Assembly (NCBI GenBank): GCA_036378695.1
Contig: DASUVY010000046.1
Span: 489-64,488 of the forward strand
From: Candidatus Dormiibacterota bacterium
GTDB lineage: Bacteria > Chloroflexota > Dormibacteria > Dormibacterales > Dormibacteraceae
Direction of reading: 5' to 3'
Length of the DNA: 64,000 bases
Translations under genes and position numbers: made by a program
The notes under the pieces: model-generated
The model's input: only the letters and a program-made list of their open reading frames with translations
The model's database searches: none
Told to the model about the DNA's origin: nothing
In this document: one piece after another, positions 27,044 to 36,867 of the stretch
Numbering within the stretch: position 1 is the first letter of the stretch
How the letters are laid out: each line of letters begins with the position of its first letter

Positions 27044-29284
27044 ATGCGTCGCACCACCACCAAGAGAAGGCCCTCGCGCTCCCGCGCCCCCAGTCGCGCC
27101 CGGCCGTCGAAGCGCGCCCGGCCGCGGGGTCCGCTCCTGACCGCCCGCCAGGCCCGCGAGGCGGCGGGCGTGGTCCTGATCGGAACCGCCCTGCTGGCGC
27201 TGGTGGCCGAGCTGGTGGGCGGCGGGACGCTGCTCCAGGGCCTGGGCGCCTCGCTCAGTCACGCCTTCGGCTACGGCTGGCCCCTGCCGGTGGCGGGCGC
27301 CCTGGTGCTGGGCGGACTCTGGATCTACCCCCATGCACCCGCCCTGCGCAAGACCGACGTCGCCGCCGTGCTGGCGGCCGCGCTCGCCCTGCTCGGCCTG
27401 CTGGCCTTCGACAAGGCCGGGGGCACCGCGGGCGCCTCGGTCCACGGGCTGGTCGCCGGGCTGCTCGGGGAGTGGGGGAGTGCGATCCTCCTCGTGGCGG
27501 CGCTGGTCGTGGGGCTGATCGTGGCCTTCCACTTCAGCCCGGGTGGCCTGGTCCTGGGCGCCGTAGGTGCGGCCCGTGCCGGCTATGCCGAACGCCGGCG
27601 CCTGGAGGCCCTGGTCAAGGTGGCCAAGCCGGCGGCCAAGGCGCCCAAACCGGTGACGGTCGCCGCGGCGGTCACGCCGGCGCCGCTTCCCCAGCTGGCG
27701 CCTGAGCCCCGACCGCAGCCAGCACCACCGCCTCCCGCGCCCGTGGACCTGCCGGCCTGGGTCACAGAGTCGGAGGAAGTGCCCGAGCCGGAGCCGGACG
27801 TGATGAGGGTCAGGGCCGACGTCGAGGACGAGCCGCCCGACGTCGATTGGAAGCTCCCCCCGGCCTCGCTGCTGGACAGCGTCACCGCCCGCAAGGAACG
27901 TATGCAGGACGAGATCAAGCGCAACGTCCGGCTGATCGAGCAGACGCTGGCCACCTTCGGCGTGCAGGCGCGCGTGATCGGCGTCAACCCGGGACCGGCG
28001 GTCACCCAGTACGAGATCCAGCCGGGCGCCGGCGTCGCGGTGAAGCGGATCACCGCCCTCCAGCACGACCTGGAGCTGGCCCTGGCGGCCGCGCCGCTGC
28101 GCATCGAGGCGCCCATCCCCGGCAAGTCGGCGGTCGGCATCGAGGTGCCCAACAAGTCGGCGTCCCTGGTCTCGCTGCGCGAGGTGATCGAATCCAACCC
28201 CTTCCGGCTGGGTGGCCACAAGATCGCCCTGGCCATGGGCAATGACGTCAGCGGCAACGCCGTGGTCGGCGACCTGACGCGCATGCCGCACCTGCTCATC
28301 GCCGGCGCCACCGGCCAGGGCAAGAGCGTCTGCATCAACGCGCTCATCGGCTCGCTGCTCTTCCAGCTCACGCCCGAGCAGCTGCGGCTGGTGATGATCG
28401 ACCCCAAGCGCGTCGAGCTGTCCGGCTACAACAACCTGCCGCATTTGGCGGTGCCGGTCATCGTGGAGTCGCACGCGGCCGCCGCCGCCCTGCGCTGGGC
28501 GGTGGCCGAGATGGAGCGGCGGTACAAGCTGCTCTCCCACGAGGGCGTCCGCAACATCGCCGGCTACAACGACAAGGCCACCGCCCAGAACGCGCGGCCG
28601 ATGCCCTACGTCGTGATCGTGGTCGACGAGCTGGCCGACCTGATGATGGTGGCCGCCGGCGAGGTTGAGGAGCTGATCTGCCGGATCGCCCAGCTGGCGC
28701 GGGCGGTGGGTATCCACCTGGTGATCGCGACCCAGCGCCCCTCCACCGACATCATCACCGGCCTCATCAAGGCCAACATCCCCTCCCGCGTGGCCTTCGC
28801 CGTGGGCTCCCAGGTGGACAGCCGCGTGATCCTCGACCAGGGCGGCGCCGAAAAGCTGCTGGGCCGGGGCGACATGCTCTACCAGCCCGTGGACGCGGGC
28901 AAGGCGACCCGCATCCAGGGCGCCTTCGTCAGCGACGCCGAAGTGGAGGCGCTGGTCAAGTTCTGGCGCGCGCAGGGCGAGCCGCGCTACATGGAGGAGG
29001 TCCTCGACCAGCACTCAGGCCCGCTGGCCGACGAGGAGGGCGGCTCGGAGCGCCGCCTGGACCCGCTCTTCGCCCGCGCGGCGCGCGCGGTGGCCGCCGA
29101 GGGGGCGGCATCTGTGTCGCTGGTCCAGCGCAAGTTCAACGTGGGCTACTCGCGGGCCGGCCGCATCATCGACATGCTGGCCGAGCACCGTGTGATCGGC
29201 GGCTACCAGGGGTCCAAGTCGCGGGAGGTCCTGATGAACCTGCCCGACGTCGACGAGCTGCTGGAGCGCCTCGGCCTCGAATGA
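27044..29284 (+). CDS. ftsK: DNA translocase FtsK/SpoIIIE
   Basis: ATG at 27044 inside the listed 26906 ORF. N-terminal TM segments, a Pro-rich linker, Walker A GATGQGKS and a gamma winged-helix tail. Confidence 0.9.
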   Translation: MRRTTTKRRPSRSRAPSRARPSKRARPRGPLLTARQAREAAGVVLIGTALLALVAELVGGGTLLQGLGASLSHAFGYGWPLPVAGALVLGGLWIYPHAPALRKTDVAAVLAAALALLGLLAFDKAGGTAGASVHGLVAGLLGEWGSAILLVAALVVGLIVAFHFSPGGLVLGAVGAARAGYAERRRLEALVKVAKPAAKAPKPVTVAAAVTPAPLPQLAPEPRPQPAPPPPAPVDLPAWVTESEEVPEPEPDVMRVRADVEDEPPDVDWKLPPASLLDSVTARKERMQDEIKRNVRLIEQTLATFGVQARVIGVNPGPAVTQYEIQPGAGVAVKRITALQHDLELALAAAPLRIEAPIPGKSAVGIEVPNKSASLVSLREVIESNPFRLGGHKIALAMGNDVSGNAVVGDLTRMPHLLIAGATGQGKSVCINALIGSLLFQLTPEQLRLVMIDPKRVELSGYNNLPHLAVPVIVESHAAAAALRWAVAEMERRYKLLSHEGVRNIAGYNDKATAQNARPMPYVVIVVDELADLMMVAAGEVEELICRIAQLARAVGIHLVIATQRPSTDIITGLIKANIPSRVAFAVGSQVDSRVILDQGGAEKLLGRGDMLYQPVDAGKATRIQGAFVSDAEVEALVKFWRAQGEPRYMEEVLDQHSGPLADEEGGSERRLDPLFARAARAVAAEGAASVSLVQRKFNVGYSRAGRIIDMLAEHRVIGGYQGSKSREVLMNLPDVDELLERLGLE

Positions 29285-30150
29285 CGTCGTGGGTGCGGCT
29301 GGCCAACCGCGCCCGATCTTTGCCGGCTAGGCGGTCCATGCGTACACCGGCGTCTCCGCTCCTCGGTCACGCATCCGACGATGCGCTCCCTCCGGTGCTC
29401 GACGCCGGCTGGCGCCTGGACGCACCGATCCAGCAAATCTCTGGGCCCGGCCAGCCAGCCGCACCCATCCTGGCCGAGGAGCGCGAGCGGCGCGGCCTCA
29501 GCCTGGAGCAGGTGGCGGCCGCCACGCGGATCCGGGTCGCTCATCTCGACGCCATCGAACGGGGTGAGCTCGACGCCTTGCCGGGCGCCGTCTACGCGCG
29601 CGGCTACGTGCGCGCCTACGCGAGCTATCTGGGCGTCGAGGTCGAGGCCCCGGAGGCGGGGGCCGAGAGCTCACTCTCGATCCATGGCGTGGCGCCTCGG
29701 CGTGCCCCGCGCCTGGTCGTGACCGGGCCGCTACTGGGCGGACTGGTGCTGGCGGTCGCCACCGCCCTCTTCGTTCTTTATGCCTGGCGAGAGATCGACT
29801 CAGCGCGCCAGGACCTGGTCCCCGCGGCCACCGCCAGCCCGGCGCTGGCCGCCCCGCCGATCGCCTCGCCCATGCCTCTGCCCTCGGTGGCCCCCAGCGC
29901 CGCGCCTACCGCGGCCGCGCGGCCGCTGGCCGTGCTGCTGCGCGCCACCGACCAGGTCTGGGTGTACGTGGAGGTCGACGGCAAGGCGTACTACGGCCCC
30001 AACGGCACCTTCCTGCGGCCGGGCGAGGAAGCGGGCTACGTGGGCACCGACATCAAGATCCGGACCGGCAAGCCCGCGGCCACCCTGGTCTCGACCGACG
30101 GCCGCACCTACACCGCCATGAGCGCGACCAGCAAGGAGTGGCACGCTTAG
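29281..30150 (+). CDS. RodZ-like helix-turn-helix membrane protein (HTH plus TM plus DUF4115-like C-terminus)
   Basis: [26 protein letters not shown], one TM, a Pro/Ala linker and a beta-rich C-terminus. The start may lie downstream of 29281. Confidence 0.7.
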   Translation: MTSWVRLANRARSLPARRSMRTPASPLLGHASDDALPPVLDAGWRLDAPIQQISGPGQPAAPILAEERERRGLSLEQVAAATRIRVAHLDAIERGELDALPGAVYARGYVRAYASYLGVEVEAPEAGAESSLSIHGVAPRRAPRLVVTGPLLGGLVLAVATALFVLYAWREIDSARQDLVPAATASPALAAPPIASPMPLPSVAPSAAPTAAARPLAVLLRATDQVWVYVEVDGKAYYGPNGTFLRPGEEAGYVGTDIKIRTGKPAATLVSTDGRTYTAMSATSKEWHA

Positions 30151-30166
30151 CCCCGAGGGACTCTTT

Positions 30167-31249
30167 TTGAACCTGCCCAACCTGCTGACGCTGAGCCGGC
30201 TGCTCGCGATCCCCGTGCTCGCGCTGCTGCTCTTCGGGCGCTACCCGGGCCACGACCAGCTGGCCGCCGGGGTCTTCTTGATCGCCTCCCTCACCGACAC
30301 CCTGGACGGGACCCTGGCCCGGCGCCAGGGCACCGTCACCGAGCTGGGCAAGTTCCTCGACCCCCTGGCCGACAAGCTCTTCATCCTCTCGGTCCTGATC
30401 TTCCTGGTCGCCCAGCAGGAGCTGCCCGCCTGGGTGGTGGTGGTGATCTTCGGCCGCGAGATGCTGATCACGATCCTGCGCTCGCTCAGCGCCGCCCAGG
30501 GCCACGTGGTCGCGGCGACCCCCTTCGGCAAGACCAAGACCGTGACCCAGGTCGGTGCCGTGCTGCTGCTGATCCTGGCCCGGCCCTACCCGCAGCTGAG
30601 CCTGATCTCGCTGGTCGGGATCGGCGTGGCCGTGGTCTTCACGGTCTGGAGCGGGGTCGACTATCTCTACCGGTTTCGCCACGTCATCGGCCGCCAGGCG
30701 CCCATGGCGGCGCCGCCCGACCACCTGGTCGACTGGCTGGCCGAGGACCTGGCCGGCAGCGGCAGCACGCTGGCGGTGGCGGAGTCCTGCACGGGCGGGG
30801 CCCTGGGCGCGCGCCTGACGGATAAGCCGGGCTCCTCGCGCTGGTTCCTGGGCGGCGTGGTCGCTTACTCCAACCAGGCCAAGCGCGACCTGCTGGGCGT
30901 CGATGAGGAGCTGCTGGACAGGCACGGCGCCGTCTCCGCGGAGGTGGCGGTGGCGATGGCGCAGGGCGTCCGCCGGCGCCTCGGCGCCGACGTGGGCGTG
31001 GCCGTGACGGGCATCGCCGGGCCCGAGGCCGACGCGACCGAGAAGCCGGTGGGCCTGACCTTCGTGGCGGCGGCCGCAGAGGGCGGAGAGCTGCACCGCC
31101 GCCATCTCTTCAAGGGTGATCGGCTGGCCAACCGGCAGCAGGCCGCCGAGGCCGCGCTCAAGGTTCTCCTTGACCTGCGAACAGACGTTCGCTACAATCC
31201 AAAGGCCCTCGACACTCGCGTCCAGGAGCCTTGGTTAAGACGGTTTTGA
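30167..31249 (+). CDS. pgsA: Fusion protein: CDP-diacylglycerol-glycerol-3-phosphate 3-phosphatidyltransferase (PgsA) plus CinA C-terminal/PncC-type nicotinamide-nucleotide amidase domain
   Basis: The N-terminal half has the CDP-alcohol transferase motif [12 protein letters not shown]...DPLADK. The C-terminal half has AESCTGG...[12 protein letters not shown]...TGIAGP. It is one uninterrupted 360-aa ORF. Confidence 0.85.
   Translation: MNLPNLLTLSRLLAIPVLALLLFGRYPGHDQLAAGVFLIASLTDTLDGTLARRQGTVTELGKFLDPLADKLFILSVLIFLVAQQELPAWVVVVIFGREMLITILRSLSAAQGHVVAATPFGKTKTVTQVGAVLLLILARPYPQLSLISLVGIGVAVVFTVWSGVDYLYRFRHVIGRQAPMAAPPDHLVDWLAEDLAGSGSTLAVAESCTGGALGARLTDKPGSSRWFLGGVVAYSNQAKRDLLGVDEELLDRHGAVSAEVAVAMAQGVRRRLGADVGVAVTGIAGPEADATEKPVGLTFVAAAAEGGELHRRHLFKGDRLANRQQAAEAALKVLLDLRTDVRYNPKALDTRVQEPWLRRF
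31170..31198 (+). promoter_or_regulatory. recA promoter with an embedded LexA (Cheo-type) box
   Basis: TTGACC (31170-31175), 17-bp spacer, TACAAT (31193-31198). The perfect palindrome CGAACAGACGTTCG (31178-31191) sits in the spacer. Confidence 0.75.
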
Positions 31250-31302
31250 CCTCGACCAACCATCACGCCACACTCACGCCGAAGCACATGGAGGGCATCT
31301 GA

Positions 31303-32364
31303 ATGGAAAAAGAAAAGGCGCTCAGCACCGCCGTCACGCAGATCCGTCGCAGCTATGGGGAAGGGGCGATCATGAAGCTCGGCGAGGCGGCCGCCCAGCG
31401 CGAGGTCAGCTCGATTCCCACCGGCGCCCTGCCGCTCGACCTGGCGCTGGGCGTGGGCGGCATCCCCAAGGGCCGCGTGATCGAGATCTACGGCCCCGAG
31501 TCGGCCGGCAAGACCACGGTCGCGCTGCACGTGGTGGCCGAGGCGCAGAAGCTGGGCGGGGTGGCGGCCTTCGTCGACGCCGAGCACGCGCTCGACCCCA
31601 TCTCCGCCTCGCGGATCGGCGTCAACATCGATGAGCTCCTGATCTCCCAGCCCGACACCGGCGAGCAGGCGCTGGAGATAGTCGAGGTGCTGGTGCGCTC
31701 CAATGCCGTCGACGTGATCGTCATCGACTCGGTGGCGGCGCTGGTGCCCAAGGCCGAGATCGAGGGCGAGATGGGCGACTCCCACGTCGGCCTCCAGGCG
31801 CGCCTGATGTCGCAGGCCCTGCGCAAGCTCACGGCCGCCATCTCCAAGTCCAATTGCGCGGTCATCTTCCTGAACCAACTGCGCGAGAAGGTGGGGATCA
31901 TGTTCGGCAACCCCGAGGTCCAGCCGGGCGGCCGGGCGCTCAAGTTCTACGCCTCGGTGCGCCTCGACATCCGCAAGGTGGAGACGATCAAGAGCGGGCT
32001 CGACTCGATCGGCGCCCGGGCCAAGGTCAAGGTGGTCAAGAACAAGGTGGCGCCTCCATTCCGGACCGCCGAGTTCGACATCCTCTTCAACGAGGGCATC
32101 TCCCGCGAGGGCGCCCTGATCGACGCCGCCGTGGAGTTCGGGATCATCGAGAAGAGTGGCACCTGGATGTCGTTCGGCGAGATGCGGCTCGGCCAGGGTC
32201 GCGAGAACGTGCGCAACTTCCTGCGCGAGAACCCGACCCTGGCAGGTGAGATCGAGACTCGCGTGCGCGACAAGGCCGCCGGGCAGGCAGTCCCGCTGAA
32301 GACCTCCGCCTCGGTACGCACCGCGGCGCCGGTCGGCGCCGACGACGACGCGCCGGAGGACTGA
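31303..32364 (+). CDS. recA: Recombinase RecA
   Basis: GPESAGKTT Walker A and unmistakable RecA sequence throughout, 353 aa. Confidence 0.97.
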   Translation: MEKEKALSTAVTQIRRSYGEGAIMKLGEAAAQREVSSIPTGALPLDLALGVGGIPKGRVIEIYGPESAGKTTVALHVVAEAQKLGGVAAFVDAEHALDPISASRIGVNIDELLISQPDTGEQALEIVEVLVRSNAVDVIVIDSVAALVPKAEIEGEMGDSHVGLQARLMSQALRKLTAAISKSNCAVIFLNQLREKVGIMFGNPEVQPGGRALKFYASVRLDIRKVETIKSGLDSIGARAKVKVVKNKVAPPFRTAEFDILFNEGISREGALIDAAVEFGIIEKSGTWMSFGEMRLGQGRENVRNFLRENPTLAGEIETRVRDKAAGQAVPLKTSASVRTAAPVGADDDAPED

Positions 32365-32365
32365 C

Positions 32366-32794
32366 CCGGGACCGGCTTACGACGCGGCGGTCCGGCTCCT
32401 GGCGACGCGCGCTCACTCGGGTCGCGAGCTGCGCACCAAGCTGCTGCGGCGGGGCCACCCCGAGCCTGAGGTGACGGCCGCCCTGGAGCGCCTCCGCCAG
32501 GGCGGCTACCTCGACGACGCCGCCTACGCCCGAGCCCTGGTCGGGCGGCGGTCCGGGGGCCGGGGCGCACGGGCCATCGCCTCCGAGCTGGCTGCCAAGG
32601 GCGTCGATCGCGAGGTCGTGCGCGACGCGCTGGCCGAGCTCAGCTATGAGGACCAGCTCCAGGCCGCACGTGCGCTCGCGGGTCGCCTGCGGCGCGCGGG
32701 CCCGATGGACTTTGAGCGGCTTGGAGCGCGGCTGTTGCGGCGCGGTTTCTCTGTCGAGGTCGCGCGCGCCGCGCTGCGAGATTTTCAGTCTTAA
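32366..32794 (+). CDS. recX: Recombination regulator RecX (5' boundary unresolved; no canonical start before 32471)
   Basis: RecX-like repeats (AYDAAVRLLATRAHSGRELRTKL..., GYLDDAAYARALV). The frame is open from 32300, but the first ATG/GTG/TTG is at 32471. Confidence 0.8.
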   Translation, partial: PGPAYDAAVRLLATRAHSGRELRTKLLRRGHPEPEVTAALERLRQGGYLDDAAYARALVGRRSGGRGARAIASELAAKGVDREVVRDALAELSYEDQLQAARALAGRLRRAGPMDFERLGARLLRRGFSVEVARAALRDFQS

Positions 32795-32914
32795 ACTTGG
32801 GCGTTACGCATCCGGGCACGCCCGGGTGCTTCGAGATCCCAAGGATTGAACGCCGGGGACCGTTGCGTCCGCGGCAGCACCTTGAAAACCGAATACGCGA
32901 GGTGAACCAAGCAC

Positions 32915-34459
32915 ATGCCTACCTACCTGATCGTGATTTTGGTAGCGGTGGTGACAGCGGTCCTCGCCGGTGGAGTCGGTTACCTGCTCGCCGCCTCGAC
33001 GGTCGGCAAGCGGCAGCGCCTGGAGCTTGGCGAGCTCGAGGCAAAACACCAGCAGCGGTTGCTCGACGTGGAGGCCGCTGCCAAGGAAAAGCTGCTGGAG
33101 GCCAAGGAAGAGGCGGTCCGCATTCGAACCGCGGCCGAGCAGGAGGCGCGCGAGACCAGGGCGCAGGCCCAACAGGTCGAGCGACGCCTGCTTCAAAAGG
33201 AAGAGAACCTGGAGAAGCGATCCGACGACCTGACCCGCCGGGAGGAGGGCTTTTCAGCGCGGGAGCGCGGGCTGGAGGAGATCCGGGCCCAGCTCGAGGA
33301 GACCTACAGCGCCCAGCTGCGTGAGCTGGAGCGGGTGGCCCAGATGACGCGTCAGGAAGCTCAGGGCGTCCTCATGACCCAGGTCGAGCAAGACCTCCGC
33401 AACGAGGTCGCGCGCAAAGTCCGGGAATCGGAGCTGGCCGCTCGCGACGAGAGCGAGCGCCGGGCCCGGGCGATCGTGACCGAGGTGATCCAGAGAATCG
33501 CCGCCGACCAGACTGCCGAGACCTCGGTCTCGGTCCTGCCACTACCCAACGAGGAGATCAAGGGCCGGATCATCGGCCGCGAGGGGCGCAACATCCGCGC
33601 CCTGCAGCAGGCCACCGGCATCGATCTCATCATCGACGACACCCCCGAAGCCGTGATCATCAGCGGCTTCGACCCGGTCCGCCGCGAGGTGGCCCGCACC
33701 GCGCTCAACAAGCTCATCGTCGACGGTCGGATCCATCCGGCCCGGATCGAGGAGGTTGTGAGCAAGGCCCGCCAGGAGGTGCTCCTGCGGGTCAAGGAGG
33801 AGGGGGAAGCGGCCGTAATGGAAGTCGGCTTCCAGGGCCTGCACCCGGAGGTGGTCCGCCACCTCGGCATCCTTCGCTTCCGCACAAGCTACGGCCAGCA
33901 GGTCCTCAACCATTCCAAGGAGGTCGCCTACCTGGCCGGCATGATGGCTTCCGAGATCGGCGCCGACGTCCGCATCTCCAAGATGAGCGGGCTCCTGCAC
34001 GACATCGGCAAGTCCATCGACCACGAGGTGGAGGGTTCGCACGCGGTGATCGGGGCCGACCTCCTGCAGCGGCACGGGGTCCCGGCGCCGGTCGTGCACG
34101 CGGTGCGCGCCCACCATTACGACGAGGAGCCTCACACCATCGAGGCCTTCCTCCTGATCGCCGCCGACGCCATTTCGGCCGCCCGGCCGGGCGCTCGCCG
34201 GGAGACGCTGGAGGCATACATCAAGCGGCTGGAGAAGCTGGAGGAGATCGCCAACTCCTTTCAGGGCGTCCAGCAGTCCTACGCCATCCAGGCCGGGCGC
34301 GAGATCCGCATCCTGGTCCGGCCCGAGCAGATCGACGATTCGTCGGCCCAGCTCATGGCTCGGGACATCGCCAAGCGGATCGAGAGCGAGATGAGCTACC
34401 CCGGGCAGATCCGGGTCACGGTCGTCCGCGAGACCCGCGCCGTCGAATACGCCAAATAG
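32915..34459 (+). CDS. rny: Ribonuclease Y
   Basis: N-terminal TM, coiled coil, KH ([14 protein letters not shown]) and HD domain (LLHDIGK). Confidence 0.93.
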   Translation: MPTYLIVILVAVVTAVLAGGVGYLLAASTVGKRQRLELGELEAKHQQRLLDVEAAAKEKLLEAKEEAVRIRTAAEQEARETRAQAQQVERRLLQKEENLEKRSDDLTRREEGFSARERGLEEIRAQLEETYSAQLRELERVAQMTRQEAQGVLMTQVEQDLRNEVARKVRESELAARDESERRARAIVTEVIQRIAADQTAETSVSVLPLPNEEIKGRIIGREGRNIRALQQATGIDLIIDDTPEAVIISGFDPVRREVARTALNKLIVDGRIHPARIEEVVSKARQEVLLRVKEEGEAAVMEVGFQGLHPEVVRHLGILRFRTSYGQQVLNHSKEVAYLAGMMASEIGADVRISKMSGLLHDIGKSIDHEVEGSHAVIGADLLQRHGVPAPVVHAVRAHHYDEEPHTIEAFLLIAADAISAARPGARRETLEAYIKRLEKLEEIANSFQGVQQSYAIQAGREIRILVRPEQIDDSSAQLMARDIAKRIESEMSYPGQIRVTVVRETRAVEYAK

Positions 34460-34491
34460 GGGAGGCCCCGCACCGGGGCCTCCCTTTTTTC
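34460..34491 (+). terminator. Intrinsic terminator after rny
   Basis: GGGAGGCCCCG-CAC-CGGGGCCTCCC, an 11-bp stem followed by TTTTTT. Confidence 0.8.
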
Positions 34492-34511
34492 GTTCTGTAG
34501 GCTTCGGCGGA

Positions 34512-35306
34512 GTGCCTGAATCCGAGTTCCGCATTCTCTTCGTCGCAGACGTCGTCGGCCGCCCGGGCCGTGAGGCTTGTCGGGCGCTGCTGCCGGAGCT
34601 GAAGGCCGAGCTGCGCCCTCACCTCACAGTGGTCAACGGGGAGAACGCCGCCGGCGGCTTCGGGATCACGGCCAAGATCGCCGAGGAGCTGCTGCGGGCC
34701 GGCGCCGACCTGGTCACCACCGGCAACCACGTCTGGGACCAGAAGCAGTTCGTCGAGGAGCTGCCCGGCCTGCAGCGGGTGCTGCGGCCGCACAATTTTC
34801 CGCCCGGCGCCCCCGGCACCGGCGTCGCCGTGCTGGAGGCCGACGGCGAGCGGGTGCTGGTCATGAACCTCATGGGCCGCCTCTACCTGCAGGACCTGGA
34901 CGACCCCTTCCGGGCTGCGGACGCGGTGTTGGCGGCACATCCGGATGTCCGCATCAGCCTTTGCGACATGCACGCCGAAGCCACCAGCGAGAAGGTCGCG
35001 ATGGGCTGGTACCTGGACGGCCGGGTCAGCGCGGTGGTGGGCACCCACACCCACGTGCCCACCGCCGACGCGCGGGTGCTGCCCGGCGGCACGGCCTACA
35101 TCACCGACGTGGGCATGGTGGGCCCGCGAGATGGCGTTATCGGCGTCGGCAAGGAGGCTGTCCTCAAGCGCTTCCTGACCGGCATCCCGCATCGCTTCGA
35201 AGTCGCTGAAGGACCGGTGACATTCAACTCGGTCGCGATTAGCATTGACAGGCTCACCGGCCGGGCGAATTCGATTTCACGCAACGATCGAGAACACATT
35301 TCATGA
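34512..35306 (+). CDS. ymdB: YmdB-like metallophosphoesterase (2',3'-cyclic-nucleotide phosphodiesterase family, TIGR00282)
   Basis: RILFVADVVGRPG...NGENAAGG...GNHVWD motifs. Lies downstream of rny, as in Bacillus. Confidence 0.88.
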   Translation: MPESEFRILFVADVVGRPGREACRALLPELKAELRPHLTVVNGENAAGGFGITAKIAEELLRAGADLVTTGNHVWDQKQFVEELPGLQRVLRPHNFPPGAPGTGVAVLEADGERVLVMNLMGRLYLQDLDDPFRAADAVLAAHPDVRISLCDMHAEATSEKVAMGWYLDGRVSAVVGTHTHVPTADARVLPGGTAYITDVGMVGPRDGVIGVGKEAVLKRFLTGIPHRFEVAEGPVTFNSVAISIDRLTGRANSISRNDREHIS

Positions 35307-35605
35307 CGGGGGTTCCAGCAATGACGGGGGAGGGGCGCCAACCGGTAGAGGTGCTCAAGGTTTCGGCGACGTCCAAGCCGGTCGCGGTGGCGGGGGCGAT
35401 CGCGGGGGTGATCCGCTCTCAGCAGCGGGTGGAGGTCCAGGCCATCGGCGCCGGCGCCATCAATCAGGCCATCAAGGCGATCGCCATCTCGCGCGGCTAC
35501 GTGGCGCCGGGCGGGCTTGAGCTCATCTGCATCCCCTCCTTCATCGACATCTCGATCGACGGCGAGGAGCGCACCGGTATAAGACTGCTGGTGGAGGTCC
35601 GATAA
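35303..35605 (+). CDS. spoVS: SpoVS family protein
   Basis: LKVSATSKP..VAGAIAGV...AIGAGAINQAIKAIAI...GIRL. The start is ATG 35303 (ATGA overlap) or ATG 35321. Confidence 0.88.
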   Translation: MTGVPAMTGEGRQPVEVLKVSATSKPVAVAGAIAGVIRSQQRVEVQAIGAGAINQAIKAIAISRGYVAPGGLELICIPSFIDISIDGEERTGIRLLVEVR

Positions 35606-36867
35606 CCCGCTCTTTCCACGTCTGGACCATCGGGTGCCAGATGAACGTCGCCGACTCCGAGTCGCTCTCCCGCCGCCTGCTGGCCGCGGGCTACGTCGAA
35701 GAGCCCGATCTGGAGCGGGCCGACGTGGCCATCCTCAACACCTGCGTGGTCCGCCAGGCCTCCGAGGACAAGGTCTATTCCAAGCTCCACGAGCTGCGGG
35801 CGTGGAAGACGCCGGCGCGGACGCTGGCGCTGACCGGCTGCCTGGTCCGCAAGGAGGGCGAGACCCTGCAGCGTCGATTCCCGCAGCTGGACCGGGTGGT
35901 GCCGATCGGCGAGTACGACGAGTTCCTGGCCGAGCTGGGCGCCCGCTACGACCTGTCGATGGGCGAGCCGCTGCCGGTGGCGGGCCGCACCGGCATCAGC
36001 CATTTCGTGAACGTGGTCGAGGGCTGCGACCACAACTGCACCTTCTGCATCGTCCCCAAGGTGCGCGGCCGGGAGCGCCACAAGCCCCTGTGCGCGGTCC
36101 TGGCCGAGTGCCGGGCGGCGGTGGCCGACGGCGCGCGCGAGGTCGTGCTGCTGGGCCAGAACGTCGACGACTACCAGGATCCCGAGGGCCACGGCGGCCT
36201 GGCGGCGCTGGTTTCAGAGGTGGAGCTGATTCCCGGTCTCAAGCGCCTGCGCTTCCTCACCTCGCATCCCCAGGACCTGGAGCCCGAGCTGCTCGAGGTG
36301 ATGGCGCGCAGCCGCCTCATCGCGCACGAGCTGCAGCTGCCCATCCAGTCCGGCGACGACCAGATCCTGAAGCGGATGGCGCGCGGCTACCAGGTGCGTC
36401 ATTACCGGGCCCTCGTGCAGCGCGCTCGGGAGCTGATGCCGGACCTCGGTTTGTATACAGACGTGATCGTCGGGTTCCCCGGCGAGACCCGCGAGCAGTT
36501 CGAGAGCACCCGGCGCGTCATGGAGGAGCTGGAGTTCGACGTCGTCCACCTGGCCATGTACTCGCCGCGGCCCGGCACCTATGCCGCCGACAAAATGGCC
36601 GATGACGTGCCGGCCGAGGAGAAGCGCCGGCGCATCAACGAGCTGCTGCAGCTGCAGCGCGGCATCGCCGCCCGCCGGGCCGCGCGCTGGGTGGGCCGCA
36701 CCGTCGAGGTACTGGTGGAGGGCGCCGACGAGCTCGGCAGGCCCTATGGGCGCAACCGCCAGGGCAAGCGCGTCATCGTGTTGCGTCAACGCCTGCAGCC
36801 GGGAGAGATGGTCGAGGTGGTCGTCAAGGAGGCTTCCGCCGGTCAGCTGACCGGAGTTGCGGCTTGA
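35602..36867 (+). CDS. miaB: tRNA-2-methylthio-N6-dimethylallyladenosine synthase MiaB (proposed ATA start at 35602; first canonical ATG at 35641)
   Basis: MTTase N-domain (WTIGCQMN, LNTC, TGC), radical SAM CDHNCTFC and a TRAM domain. The first conserved Cys is upstream of the listed ATG. Confidence 0.9.
   Translation: MTRSFHVWTIGCQMNVADSESLSRRLLAAGYVEEPDLERADVAILNTCVVRQASEDKVYSKLHELRAWKTPARTLALTGCLVRKEGETLQRRFPQLDRVVPIGEYDEFLAELGARYDLSMGEPLPVAGRTGISHFVNVVEGCDHNCTFCIVPKVRGRERHKPLCAVLAECRAAVADGAREVVLLGQNVDDYQDPEGHGGLAALVSEVELIPGLKRLRFLTSHPQDLEPELLEVMARSRLIAHELQLPIQSGDDQILKRMARGYQVRHYRALVQRARELMPDLGLYTDVIVGFPGETREQFESTRRVMEELEFDVVHLAMYSPRPGTYAADKMADDVPAEEKRRRINELLQLQRGIAARRAARWVGRTVEVLVEGADELGRPYGRNRQGKRVIVLRQRLQPGEMVEVVVKEASAGQLTGVAA

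Noticed and set aside
26705-29014. 769-aa minus-strand ORF opposite ftsK. The same applies to 111..1292(-), 937..2025(-), 3864..5627(-), 15097..16548(-), 39092..40930(-), 41874..43127(-), 61642..63000(-) and similar ORFs.
   Set aside because: All lie antisense to, or out of frame with, confidently identified genes. They translate to Arg/Ala/Gly/Pro-rich low-complexity sequence and are not supported as genes.
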